From contig CAXXIN010000007.1 of assembly GCA_963665275.2 (NCBI GenBank), positions 160,001 to 224,000 of the forward strand: DNA of 64,000 nucleotides, written 5' to 3'. Positions 19,030-29,745 of the stretch are shown one piece after another. Source of the stretch: Negativicutes bacterium. GTDB taxonomy: Bacteria > Bacillota > Negativicutes > UBA1444. Positions within the stretch are counted from its first letter, which is position 1. Each line of letters starts with the position of its first letter. The translations under genes and the position numbers were made by a program. The notes under the pieces were generated by a model, which did not search any database, was not told the DNA's origin, and saw only the letters and a program-made list of their open reading frames with translations.

Positions 19030-20001
19030 TTATTTGTTTTTTTCTCCGGCACTGGCGGCAGGACCCGGCGGAGCAATGAACAGACGCTCCACCACTTTGC
19101 GGGTCTCACTTTGGTCAGGCGCCCAGTAACTGACGCCGCCGATGTTGGCAAAATTGCCCGGAATCATGTCGGACTGGATTTTATTGTTCTTCAGGGATGG
19201 GATGGCAACGAAGACCTGTTGGATCGTCCACGGCGTCATATTGGTCTGGACACTCTCGCCAATGATTTTCATGATTTGCGGCAGGCGGATGAGGTTGACC
19301 GGACGAATCGCCTGGGTTGCCAGAGCCTTCAAAAACTTCTGCTGTCGCCCGACACGGCCGATATCTCCCATCTCATCATGGCGGAACCGGACATATTCAC
19401 CGGCCTGTTGGCCGTTCAGATGCTGAAAGCCTTTCTTCAGATGGATCTTCAGATTCGCATACGGATCTTCATAGTTCATGTCGGCATCAACGTTCAGATC
19501 AACGCCGCCCAATGCGTCCACGATGCGTATGAACCCTTTCCAATCTGCAACCACGTAATAGTGGACCGGGATTTTAAGAAAATCCTGAATGGTTGCGATC
19601 GTCAAATCGACACCGCCATAGGCAAACGAATGGCCAAACTTATCGTTGGAACTGTGGCCGGGAATCGCTACGCGGGTATCGCGGGGAATGGATAGCAGGC
19701 TGACAGCTCCAGACCCTTTGTGAATTCCCATGAGCAGCATCGAGTCGGATCGGTGGTCACCACTCTTCAGGTCGGTCGTCTCGCCGTCATCGACACCCAC
19801 CAGCAGGATGTTGATGCGGTTACCGGATTCGCCAGGTCCCCAGGCGCTGCCGTAAAGCGCCAGATTTCTCCCCAGCAGTGCGGAGGCGGCCAAAGAGATC
19901 ACAACAAACAAAAACAGCAGAACCTTGGGCCACAGCCGCGTTTTGCGGACCGGCTTGCAATCCTCCGTCTGCAGTTGTTTATTTCTCTGTTCACTTTTCA
20001 T
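19030..20001 (-). CDS. LCP (LytR-CpsA-Psr) family protein
   Basis: Single TM; NILLVGVD, RSDSM, SIPRDT, VRFRHD..GDIGRVGRQQ. Confidence 0.93.
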   Translation of the reverse strand: MKSEQRNKQLQTEDCKPVRKTRLWPKVLLFLFVVISLAASALLGRNLALYGSAWGPGESGNRINILLVGVDDGETTDLKSGDHRSDSMLLMGIHKGSGAVSLLSIPRDTRVAIPGHSSNDKFGHSFAYGGVDLTIATIQDFLKIPVHYYVVADWKGFIRIVDALGGVDLNVDADMNYEDPYANLKIHLKKGFQHLNGQQAGEYVRFRHDEMGDIGRVGRQQKFLKALATQAIRPVNLIRLPQIMKIIGESVQTNMTPWTIQQVFVAIPSLKNNKIQSDMIPGNFANIGGVSYWAPDQSETRKVVERLFIAPPGPAASAGEKNK

Positions 20002-20575
20002 TACGTTTTGCTTTCATCTCCATCAACAGGAAATTGCGGCCGTCAACCGTATCGGGATGCAACAGGCCGCCGCCATCGAGCACAAACCGGATTCCCTGGT
20101 CAAAAGCCGCCAAAACAGCCGCATCGAGATCTTTCTCCGCCAGCTCTCGAATCAGTTGTACGCCGACATAATTCCGCCCCGGTTCAATACTGTCAGCGAG
20201 ATAAATTATTTTATCCAGCGCCGTCATCTGCGCAGCCCCTGTTGTATGGTTGCTGATCGCCTGCAAAACTGAAGGATCCTTGATGCCAAAACGTCGTTCG
20301 GCCAGATGTGCGCCAAGTTTCGCATGAATCAAAGCGCTTTGGCGAAGTTCGATTTCACTTGGAACCAAGCCATACTCTTTAGCGCACGACAAAAGAGCTT
20401 CCCCCTTGAGGTTTCGCGCGCAATCATGCAGGATTCCAGCCAGTCGCGCCTTTTCGATATCGGCTCCCCAGCGCTCAGCGAGCCGAACTGCAGTCCGGCT
20501 CACCTCGCGGCTATGGCGAAAACGCGCCGGCCGCAGTTCTTTTGCGAGAATTACAAGAATTTCATGATACTCCAT
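19991..20575 (-). CDS. yqeK: HD-domain Ap4A hydrolase YqeK
   Basis: RFRHS, LHDCA, H..LGA, HTTG, IIYLAD.IEPGR; adjacent to nadD. Confidence 0.92.
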   Translation of the reverse strand: MEYHEILVILAKELRPARFRHSREVSRTAVRLAERWGADIEKARLAGILHDCARNLKGEALLSCAKEYGLVPSEIELRQSALIHAKLGAHLAERRFGIKDPSVLQAISNHTTGAAQMTALDKIIYLADSIEPGRNYVGVQLIRELAEKDLDAAVLAAFDQGIRFVLDGGGLLHPDTVDGRNFLLMEMKAKRNEK

Positions 20576-20578
20576 CGT

Positions 20579-21199
20579 TTATTTCAGGTACAGTCCTTCC
20601 TTATGAATATAGTGCTCGACGCTTTCCGGCACAAAGTAACGGATGGATTTTCCCAGCCCGACCCGCTCACGGATATCCGTAGAGGATATTTCCAGTTCTG
20701 GAGTCGCCAGGCGATGAATCCGTGCTTCGGCCTTGGGCCCCAGCCGTTCAATTTCTTCCGCGATGCTGCGAACCTTCCCGGGTCGGGACGCTGCGACAAA
20801 GTGGCATAAATCCAACAATTCATTGATGTTGTTCCACGTGTGGAGCTCCAGCACCGCATCCGTACCGGTCAGAAAATAGAACTCGGTATCCGGCCCATAT
20901 TCCGCCGCCAATGCCCGCACCGTATCAATGGTGAAGGAAGGTCCGGGACGATCTCGTTCAATCGGTGATACAAAGAAATATGGGTTGGAATAGGTGGCCA
21001 TCATGGTCATAATATACCGGTCAATCGCCGGAGTGATAGACATACTTGGTTTGTGGGGCGACGTTCCTGTGGGAATGAACAGAACCTTGGTCAGCTCATA
21101 TTCCATCCGGACGGATTCCGCCATTACCAGATGTCCCATGTGGATGGGATCGAACGTCCCACCCATGATGCCGATTTTTTGCCGATTTCCGGCCATCAT
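20579..21199 (-). CDS. nadD: Nicotinate-nucleotide adenylyltransferase
   Basis: GGTFDPIHMGH, SPHK, ISSTDIR. Confidence 0.96.
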   Translation of the reverse strand: MMAGNRQKIGIMGGTFDPIHMGHLVMAESVRMEYELTKVLFIPTGTSPHKPSMSITPAIDRYIMTMMATYSNPYFFVSPIERDRPGPSFTIDTVRALAAEYGPDTEFYFLTGTDAVLELHTWNNINELLDLCHFVAASRPGKVRSIAEEIERLGPKAEARIHRLATPELEISSTDIRERVGLGKSIRYFVPESVEHYIHKEGLYLK

Positions 21200-21276
21200 T
21201 GCATCTCCCTGTCCCTAAAATTCGTACACATGCGTCTTATTATACCAAATTTGGCGGGAGATTCAATTCATTCGGC

Positions 21277-22491
21277 TCATTCATACCGCAGCGCGTCAAT
21301 TGGATCAAGCTTTGCGGCTTTTCTGGCGGGGTATAGTCCAAACACGATCCCGATTAGGACGGAAAAGCCAAAGGCGATGACGATCGTCAGAACCGAAATC
21401 AACGTGGCCCATCCGAAGATCGCCGAGATCGCGTAAGAGGAACCAAGTCCCACCACGATGCCGAGCAGTCCGCCGGTCACACCGATGACGATCGCTTCGA
21501 TCAGAAATTGGAGCAGTATATTGGAGAATGTCGCGCCCAATGCTTTGCGGATGCCGATTTCCCGGGTACGCTCCGTCACTGAAACCAACATGATGTTCAT
21601 AATGCCGATGCCGCCGACCAAGAGTGAAATAGCAGCCGTATTTCCGAGCAGCAACGTGATGGTGCCTGTCGTTTCAGCCGCCGTAGCCATGATCGCCGTA
21701 AGGTTTCGTACGGTAAAATCATCATCCACTCCAGGCGGCAGACGATGCCGCGAACGGAGCAGGGTAGAGATGTCCCTCTGCACCTGGTCGATGACTTCCG
21801 GGCTTTCCGCCTGTACGCTGATGGATTGGATGTAGGTAACGCCGAGCATCCGTTCCTGAGCTGTTGTCAGGGGAACGATGATCAGATCGTCCTGGTCCTG
21901 GCCGCCGGCGGACTGCCCCTTTGGCGCCAATGTGCCAATCACGCGGAAAGTCGATTTATTGATGCGAATGGTTTGTCCGATCGGGTTCATGTCGCCAAAC
22001 AGATTGTCGGCTACCGTTTTACCGAGAACGGCAACCCGATCGCGCGCATCGAGATTGCGCTGGGTAATGAACGAACCGTCTCCCAGCTCAAAATTGCGGA
22101 CCGTCAGAAAATCAGGCGTCGTTCCCTGCATCTGCGTAATCCAGTTCTTACCGCTGAACACTGCCTGATACTGCCGTTGGACTGTCGGCGCAACCGCATT
22201 CACGCCGCTGATTTCCCGGGCAATCATCTGGGCATCCATATAGGTAAGGGTCGATGTTGAGCCAGCCGCCACACGCACCCCCGAAGGAGCCGTAGAGCCA
22301 GGCATAACGATCAGCAGGTTGCTGCCCAATCCCGCAATGGATTTTTCCACTTTATCGCGCACGCCCATCCCGATGGAAACCATGGCAATGACCGCTCCAA
22401 CTCCAATGATGATGCCGAGCATGGTGAGGAGCGACCGCATCTTGTTGGCCCGTAGCCCTTCAAGGGCAATGACTACGCTTTCCCAGAACAA
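21277..22491 (-). CDS. MacB-like ABC permease
   Basis: [56 protein letters not shown]. Confidence 0.93.
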   Translation of the reverse strand: MFWESVVIALEGLRANKMRSLLTMLGIIIGVGAVIAMVSIGMGVRDKVEKSIAGLGSNLLIVMPGSTAPSGVRVAAGSTSTLTYMDAQMIAREISGVNAVAPTVQRQYQAVFSGKNWITQMQGTTPDFLTVRNFELGDGSFITQRNLDARDRVAVLGKTVADNLFGDMNPIGQTIRINKSTFRVIGTLAPKGQSAGGQDQDDLIIVPLTTAQERMLGVTYIQSISVQAESPEVIDQVQRDISTLLRSRHRLPPGVDDDFTVRNLTAIMATAAETTGTITLLLGNTAAISLLVGGIGIMNIMLVSVTERTREIGIRKALGATFSNILLQFLIEAIVIGVTGGLLGIVVGLGSSYAISAIFGWATLISVLTIVIAFGFSVLIGIVFGLYPARKAAKLDPIDALRYE

Positions 22492-23180
22492 GTGCTCTCC
22501 CTCCTCTCGTCACTGACAATCTTCCCGTCCCGGAAATGGACGATCCGCCTAGTGTAGGCGGCGATATCCGGTTCATGGGTTACCAGCACGACAGTCCGTC
22601 CTTGCTGATTCAATTCGCAAAAAATAGCCATGATCTCGTCACCGGATTTGGTATCCAGATTCCCGGTGGGTTCATCCGCCAGAATAATGGTGGGTTCGTT
22701 GACGAGCGAACGGGCGATGGCCACGCGCTGCCGCTGGCCGCCCGAAAGCTCATTCGGCTTGTGATGGATACGATCGCCCAGGCCGACACGTTCCAGCGCC
22801 AACTGCGCCTTCGCCAGTCGCTCTTTCCGTTCAACTCCGGCATAGGTCATGGGCAGCGCCACATTTTGCAACGCCGACATACGGGACAACAGATTGAAAT
22901 TTTGAAACACAAAACCGATTTTTTTATTCCGGGTGATGGCCAGCTGGTCATCGTTCAGCGTTGCCACTTCAGCGCCATCCAGCAGGTAGGACCCGCTCGT
23001 AGGACGGTCAAGGCACCCGAGAATATTCATCAACGTCGATTTTCCTGATCCTGACGGGCCCATGATCGCTGTAAATTCTCCGGTTTCGATGGCGAGATCG
23101 ATGCCGGCCAGAGCACGAACTTCCGTATCACCCATCCAGTAGGTTTTTACCACATCTTTTAATGTAATGGATTCACTCAT
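22473..23180 (-). CDS. MacB/LolD-type ABC ATPase
   Basis: [31 protein letters not shown]. Confidence 0.93.
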   Translation of the reverse strand: MSESITLKDVVKTYWMGDTEVRALAGIDLAIETGEFTAIMGPSGSGKSTLMNILGCLDRPTSGSYLLDGAEVATLNDDQLAITRNKKIGFVFQNFNLLSRMSALQNVALPMTYAGVERKERLAKAQLALERVGLGDRIHHKPNELSGGQRQRVAIARSLVNEPTIILADEPTGNLDTKSGDEIMAIFCELNQQGRTVVLVTHEPDIAAYTRRIVHFRDGKIVSDERRESTCSGKA

Positions 23181-23197
23181 CGCATCCACCACACCCT

Positions 23198-24289
23198 TTA
23201 TCGGGTCGGCGCGCGGAATATGTTCGCACCGCCGCCAGGGCCGCCTGCCGCCGGTGTCTTTGCCTGCGGTAGAATGATCGTGTCACCCGCCTTCAGTCCG
23301 CTGGTGACTTCAATCTTGTCGTCACCGGTTATCCCAGTGGTCACTTTAACTGACTGAGGCTGACCGTCGGCGCCCATGACCTGGACGAAACGCTGCCCTT
23401 TGTTGTCTTTGATGGCTACCACCGGGATCACCACGACATCTTTGCGTTCACCGACATGAACCGACACCCGGGCGGTCATGGTCGGTCTCAGCAAACCTTC
23501 CGCCGAGTGTACGTCAACGTAAACAGTGTAGTAAACAACGTTCTGCTGGATATTGGCTTTATTCGAAATGATGGACACGACGCCCTCAAAAGTTTTGTTC
23601 GGGTAAGCATCGACCGTAAAGGAAACTTTTTGCCCCAGTTTCAACTGTCCGATATCGGATTCGTCGATCAGCGCCTGAATCTGCATGGTTTTCAGATCCG
23701 CCACCGTTAAGAGAACCATCGGGTTGGAAATCCCCGGCGCCACTGTCTGGCCTGCCGGGATCGGTTTGCCGATGACTTGGCCGGTGATTGGCGCCCGGAT
23801 GATCGTATCATCCAGACTGGAAGAAATATCTACATACGCCGCTTTGGCGACTTCATAATTTGTCCGGTCCGTATCAAGCTGCTGCGTGGGAACGGCTCCG
23901 ACTTTTTCCAGCTGTACCGTTCTCTCATAAGTGGCTTGCGCGTTGTTCAGTCTGGCTTTGGACTGAGCGGCCTGAGCCTGCAGCTGCCTGTCATCCAGAA
24001 CGATGATCACCTGGTTGGCTTGTACGATGTCATTTTCATTGACACGGACCTCCACGATGCGGCCCGTGATCTTGGAACTGACATCAACATTATTCACAGG
24101 CGTAAGGGTCCCTGTCGCCGACACTGTAGAAACAATGTCTCCGCGCTCCACTTTGTACGGACGCCCGGTTGCGACGGGCTTGTTCTGCTGTTGCACATAT
24201 CCATAAGCGTAATATCCGCCCACTGCAACCACTAGGAGCAGCATCAGCCACCATTTGAATTTTTTCAGTACACTTAGGATATTTTGCAT
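23198..24289 (-). CDS. MacA-like periplasmic adaptor (membrane fusion protein)
   Basis: N-terminal TM; V.ATG, lipoyl-like halves (IRAPITG), DESDIG, LRPTMTA. Confidence 0.9.
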   Translation of the reverse strand: MQNILSVLKKFKWWLMLLLVVAVGGYYAYGYVQQQNKPVATGRPYKVERGDIVSTVSATGTLTPVNNVDVSSKITGRIVEVRVNENDIVQANQVIIVLDDRQLQAQAAQSKARLNNAQATYERTVQLEKVGAVPTQQLDTDRTNYEVAKAAYVDISSSLDDTIIRAPITGQVIGKPIPAGQTVAPGISNPMVLLTVADLKTMQIQALIDESDIGQLKLGQKVSFTVDAYPNKTFEGVVSIISNKANIQQNVVYYTVYVDVHSAEGLLRPTMTARVSVHVGERKDVVVIPVVAIKDNKGQRFVQVMGADGQPQSVKVTTGITGDDKIEVTSGLKAGDTIILPQAKTPAAGGPGGGANIFRAPTR

Positions 24290-24323
24290 AAACAGACCCC
24301 CCAATTGTCTTTGTTTCAGCTTT

Positions 24324-24377
24324 AGTATAGACCGAAAGCATGAAACACCTGTGACAAATCTATGAACTATTTGTGAA
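24324..24377 (-). promoter_or_regulatory. Promoter with three 11-bp-phased direct repeats (OmpR/PhoB-type boxes)
   Basis: Minus strand TTCACA-N5-TTCATA-N5-GTCACA (24377-24350), then TATACT at 24329-24324. Confidence 0.5.
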
Positions 24378-24388
24378 CTATAGCTATT

Positions 24389-25654
24389 TTATGAGCGGAT
24401 CTGCCCGTTTCCGTCAATCAGGTACTTGATCGAGGTCATTTCCACCAGTCCCATCGGGCCCCTGGCATGCAATTTTTGTGTACTGATGCCGATTTCCGCG
24501 CCGAAACCGAATTCAAACCCATCGGTAAACCGTGTTGAAGCGTTAACATAAACGGCCGCCGCATCCACCATCTGCTGGAAACGACGGGCATTGGCGTAAT
24601 CACGGGTAACGATGGCTTCCGAATGCCGGGTGCTGAAACGGTCGATATGTTCGAGGGCTTCGTCCAGGCTCCCGACCACTTTCACCGACAGGATAAAGTC
24701 CAGGTATTCCGTGGCCCAATCTGCTTCTGTGGCCGGCTTCACGGCCGGATGCTGCGCCACCGTCTCGGGGCAACCCCGCAGCTCGACTCCAGCGCTGACG
24801 TAACGTTCAAGCAACAGCGGCAACAAACTGCCGACTACAGATCTGTGAACCAACAGCGTTTCCATGGAGTTGCACACTCCGGGACGGGAGACCTTGGCGT
24901 TGAAGGCAATATCCGCCGCCATCTCCAAATCGGCCGATTCATCCACAAAGGTATGACAAATGCCGATGCCGGTCTCGATCACCGGCACCGTGCTATTTTC
25001 AACGACAGTTCGAATGAGTCCGGCGCCGCCCCTGGGAATGATGACATCGATATAACGGTTCATTTTCAACATAATATTGACGGCCTCACGGTCAGTCGTT
25101 TCGATGAGCGCGAGGAAGCCCTCCGGAATTCCGGCTGCGCGTCCCGCCTGGACGAGAATATCCGCCAGCACTTTGTTGGATTCGATGGCTTCCGATCCAC
25201 CGCGCAGGAGCACTGCATTGCCTGTTTTCAGGCACAATCCGGCGGCATCGACAGTCACATTGGGCCTGGCTTCGTAGATGATGGCGATAACGCCAAAGGG
25301 GACCCGGACTTTTCGGATGTCGAGGCCATTGGGCCTTTTGCAGCCGCCGAGGCACTCACCGATCGGGTCCGGCAGCGCCGCTACCTGGCGGAGCCCTTCC
25401 GCCATCGCTACGATGCGTTCCGGCGTGAGACTCAGTCGGTCGATGAGCGCCGCCGACAATCCTTTGGTTTTTCCTGCTTCGACATCAATGGAGTTGGCGG
25501 CGAGAATCTGCGCCTGCGCCGATTCCAAATAGTCCGCCATCCCACGCAGTGCGTTATTTTTATCCGCGGTTGACAAGACAGCCAACCGACGGGCTGCCGC
25601 TTTAGCTCGCCCGCCCATGATTTCAAGTTCCGTTTTCAATTCCACACCGTTCAC
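24389..25654 (-). CDS. proA: Gamma-glutamyl phosphate reductase
   Basis: IIYEARPNVT, IPRGG, CNSMET, NASTRFTDG, GISTQKLHARGPMGL. Confidence 0.97.
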   Translation of the reverse strand: MNGVELKTELEIMGGRAKAAARRLAVLSTADKNNALRGMADYLESAQAQILAANSIDVEAGKTKGLSAALIDRLSLTPERIVAMAEGLRQVAALPDPIGECLGGCKRPNGLDIRKVRVPFGVIAIIYEARPNVTVDAAGLCLKTGNAVLLRGGSEAIESNKVLADILVQAGRAAGIPEGFLALIETTDREAVNIMLKMNRYIDVIIPRGGAGLIRTVVENSTVPVIETGIGICHTFVDESADLEMAADIAFNAKVSRPGVCNSMETLLVHRSVVGSLLPLLLERYVSAGVELRGCPETVAQHPAVKPATEADWATEYLDFILSVKVVGSLDEALEHIDRFSTRHSEAIVTRDYANARRFQQMVDAAAVYVNASTRFTDGFEFGFGAEIGISTQKLHARGPMGLVEMTSIKYLIDGNGQIRS

Positions 25655-25663
25655 CCCATCCGT

Positions 25664-26074
25664 CTATTTTTTGAAGGAGTTATAGATTTCCTGATAGTCC
25701 GGAGTGGGCGGGATCGCTTTGTAGAGATAAATGTGGACGCCGTTCGGATCATTGATCACGAAGCTCCGTTCACCCCATGGCTTGTCCTTGAGTTCTTCGC
25801 AGATCATGACGCCGAGGGCATTCAAGCGATCGTATTCCGCATCGACATCTTCCACTTCGAACGACAGGATCATGCCTTTGCCAGTGAATTTTTCCCCTGC
25901 CGACAAATCCGGCATGACGAAACTGACCCCCATCGTCGTGCTGCCTTCGGCCAGTAGTTCAATGTACCAGTCATTTTCGAACACCAGCTGAAAACCCAGG
26001 TATTCCATGTAGAATTCTTTCGACTGTTCTAGTTTATTGGTGCTGATGGTCAGATCCATTCTTCTTGTTAGCAT
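25664..26074 (-). CDS. VOC/glyoxalase-family protein
   Basis: SKEFY..YLGF, FEVEDVDAEY.RL, PWGERSF...DPNG. Confidence 0.9.
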   Translation of the reverse strand: MLTRRMDLTISTNKLEQSKEFYMEYLGFQLVFENDWYIELLAEGSTTMGVSFVMPDLSAGEKFTGKGMILSFEVEDVDAEYDRLNALGVMICEELKDKPWGERSFVINDPNGVHIYLYKAIPPTPDYQEIYNSFKK

Positions 26075-26076
26075 CT

Positions 26077-27222
26077 CTATTCCTCCGTTTCGTGTCGGCT
26101 CAACAGGACCATATTATCCCGGTGCACGACCTCATCGTAGGGCTTGTGCCCTAAAATTTCTGTGATTTCCTGGGTGTGAACTCCCTTGATCTTCCGAGTA
26201 TCGCGCGAACTATAGTTGCTCAGACCCCGGGCAATCTCCCAGCCATCCTGATTCAGAATGCTGATGGTGTTTCCCTGCTCAAAACTTCCCTCGACAGCCT
26301 GGATTCCTGCCGCCAGCAAGCTAGAGCCGTTTTTCAGCAACGCATGCGCACAACCTTTATCAACCGTCAGACGGCCCCGAATCCGGGCGCCGAATGCCAA
26401 CCAGCGTTTGCGGAAACGCAGACGGGTCTGCGTGGGAGGGAACAGAGTCCCCACCATTTCCCCGCCCAGTACCGATTGCACTACGCCATCACGGGCGCCC
26501 GAGGCAATGACCATCACGATACCGGAGTTCATCGCCATACGAGCCGCCGCCATTTTGGTGAACATGCCGCCGGTACCGCGCAGCGTCCCTGCTCCACCGC
26601 AAATCGCCTCGATCTCGGGTGTGACTTCGTCGATTTCCTGAAGCAGCTTGGCCGTGGGATCGGTTTGCGGGTTGGCCGAGTACACCCCTTCAACATCCGA
26701 GAGAATGATCAGCACATCCGCATCGACAATCGCCGCAACATTGGCTGACAACGTATCATTGTCTCCGATTTTCAGTTCGTCGATGGCAACGGCATCATTC
26801 TCATTGATGATCGGGATGACACCGATATCGAGCAGCTTCAGCAGGGTGTTGCGCGAGTTGGCGTAGCGCCGGCGGTTGACCGAATCTTCCCGTGTCAGCA
26901 GCACCTGCGCCACGACCTGCCCATATTCGCCGAACAGCTTCTCATAAGTATGCATCAGGATGCCCTGCCCAACAGCCGCAGCCGCCTGTTTCTCAGGGAT
27001 CGTCTTCGGTTTTTCCTTCCAGCCCAGCCGATCCATCCCGGCGCCTACCGCGCCTGAGCTGACCAGTATGATCTGTTTTCCTGAATTGACCGCGTTCGCC
27101 AGCTCGCGAACCAGCCCTTCAATGCGGGCATAATTCAGTTTTCCATTGGCATGAGTTAGAGTACTGGTCCCTACCTTCACTACAATCCGGTGAACCGCCT
27201 GTAGCTGACTCCTGTCGAACAT
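26077..27222 (-). CDS. proB: Glutamate 5-kinase with PUA domain
   Basis: VVKVGTS, NENDAV, GDNDTL, GTGGMFTK, C-terminal PUA domain. Confidence 0.97.
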   Translation of the reverse strand: MFDRSQLQAVHRIVVKVGTSTLTHANGKLNYARIEGLVRELANAVNSGKQIILVSSGAVGAGMDRLGWKEKPKTIPEKQAAAAVGQGILMHTYEKLFGEYGQVVAQVLLTREDSVNRRRYANSRNTLLKLLDIGVIPIINENDAVAIDELKIGDNDTLSANVAAIVDADVLIILSDVEGVYSANPQTDPTAKLLQEIDEVTPEIEAICGGAGTLRGTGGMFTKMAAARMAMNSGIVMVIASGARDGVVQSVLGGEMVGTLFPPTQTRLRFRKRWLAFGARIRGRLTVDKGCAHALLKNGSSLLAAGIQAVEGSFEQGNTISILNQDGWEIARGLSNYSSRDTRKIKGVHTQEITEILGHKPYDEVVHRDNMVLLSRHETEE

Positions 27223-27239
27223 TGGCGCCGTTCCCCCTG

Positions 27240-28532
<1,293 letters not shown>

Positions 28533-28586
28533 CTATACCCATATTATACTTCGCCTTCGACTGGGAAATTCCTGTATACTGCAACA

Positions 28587-28613
28587 AATCCCACGGTAGA
28601 AAACCGTGGGATT
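28587..28613. terminator. Hairpin after rpmA
   Basis: AATCCCACGGT-AGAAA-ACCGTGGGATT; only a short T tract on the - strand. Confidence 0.55.
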
Positions 28614-28668
28614 CATTGCAATATATATATAGCTATATATTTCTCTTACAATTAAATCAGTGATTTAT

Positions 28669-28974
28669 CTACTGCGCCTGCTCGGCGAGTACTTGTTCAG
28701 CCGGATAAATGCTGATCTGGCGCAGATAGCGACCTTTCCGCTCGAAAGCTACCTTGCCGGTAACTTTCGCGAACAGAGTGTGATCACTGCCCATACCTAC
28801 ATTACGTCCCGGATGAAAATGCGTGCCGCGTTGACGAACCAGAATGCTTCCGGCAGGCACTAGCTTGCCATCCGGCTCTTTGGTTCCGAGGCGCTGCGAG
28901 TGGCTGTCCCGACCGTTACGGGAGCTGCCGACCCCTTTTTTATGTGCAAACCGTTGAAGATCAAACAAAAACAT
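28669..28974 (-). CDS. rpmA: 50S ribosomal protein L27 with Prp-cleaved N-terminal extension
   Basis: [29 protein letters not shown]. Confidence 0.97.
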   Translation of the reverse strand: MFLFDLQRFAHKKGVGSSRNGRDSHSQRLGTKEPDGKLVPAGSILVRQRGTHFHPGRNVGMGSDHTLFAKVTGKVAFERKGRYLRQISIYPAEQVLAEQAQ

Positions 28975-28991
28975 CGGTGTCACCTCCTACA

Positions 28992-29300
28992 TTACAGAAT
29001 CCGGAGTCTGTCCGGATATATTTTTTGAATTTCCGTTAGCCCGAGTACCAGAGTAGCAAGGATCGCTTCCGTGAGATCATCGGGCGCTTCTGTCAATCGA
29101 ACCGAAATGTCGCCGCTATCGGCGTTCCACTCCAGCGATCGGTGCAGATGCCTGTCCAATCCCAGAAAGACCGAGTCGGTAAGAACCGATACCGCCGCAC
29201 AGACGATATCTTTGCCCCTAGGTCCTGCTCCCGCATGACCTTTCGCCTCAAATCCCTGAATAAGCCCCCTGGAATCCCGTTCGATTCTGACCCGGATCAT
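28992..29300 (-). CDS. prp: Ribosomal-processing cysteine protease Prp
   Basis: GHAG...DIVCAAVS; lies between rplU and rpmA. Confidence 0.95.
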   Translation of the reverse strand: MIRVRIERDSRGLIQGFEAKGHAGAGPRGKDIVCAAVSVLTDSVFLGLDRHLHRSLEWNADSGDISVRLTEAPDDLTEAILATLVLGLTEIQKIYPDRLRIL

Positions 29301-29302
29301 GC

Positions 29303-29614
29303 TTATGCTTCGATTTTTTCAATCGTAACTTTCGTATACGGTTGACGATGACCCTGCTTACGACGATAGTTGGCTTTGGACTTGTACTTGTAAACAATGA
29401 TCTTCTTGTCCTTGCCCTGTTTCATGACTTTGCCGGTCACCTTGGCGCCTTCTACGAACGGAGCGCCAATTTTGACATCCCCCTCCGAAACAACGGTCAA
29501 CACATCGGTGAACACCAATGAGTCTTCCACTTCGCCCGCAAGTTTCTCGACGAAAATCACATCGCCTTCGGACACCCGATACTGTTTGCCACCTGTTTTA
29601 ATTACTGCGTACAT
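29303..29614 (-). CDS. rplU: 50S ribosomal protein L21
   Basis: [19 protein letters not shown]. Confidence 0.98.
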   Translation of the reverse strand: MYAVIKTGGKQYRVSEGDVIFVEKLAGEVEDSLVFTDVLTVVSEGDVKIGAPFVEGAKVTGKVMKQGKDKKIIVYKYKSKANYRRKQGHRQPYTKVTIEKIEA

Positions 29615-29633
29615 CTTTGCACCTCCTTATTCA

Positions 29634-29700
29634 TTGGACTCGCCGGATACGGTACCGCCGAGGCGGATTTGAAACCTCTCCGTGCGGTTCGGAAACCACT
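29634..29700 (-). ncRNA. L21 leader cis-regulatory RNA
   Basis: CCGCAC...hairpin...GGCGAGTC just before the rplU RBS, as in Bacillota L21 leaders; boundaries approximate. Confidence 0.65.
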
Positions 29701-29745
29701 GCGGACAAAGCCGCATAAGAATATTAGCACAGCCAGCCGTCAATG

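Noticed and set aside
28625-28640. Perfect palindrome ATATATAGCTATATAT between rpmA and obgE
   Set aside because: Low-complexity AT repeat, easily arising by chance; no supporting context.
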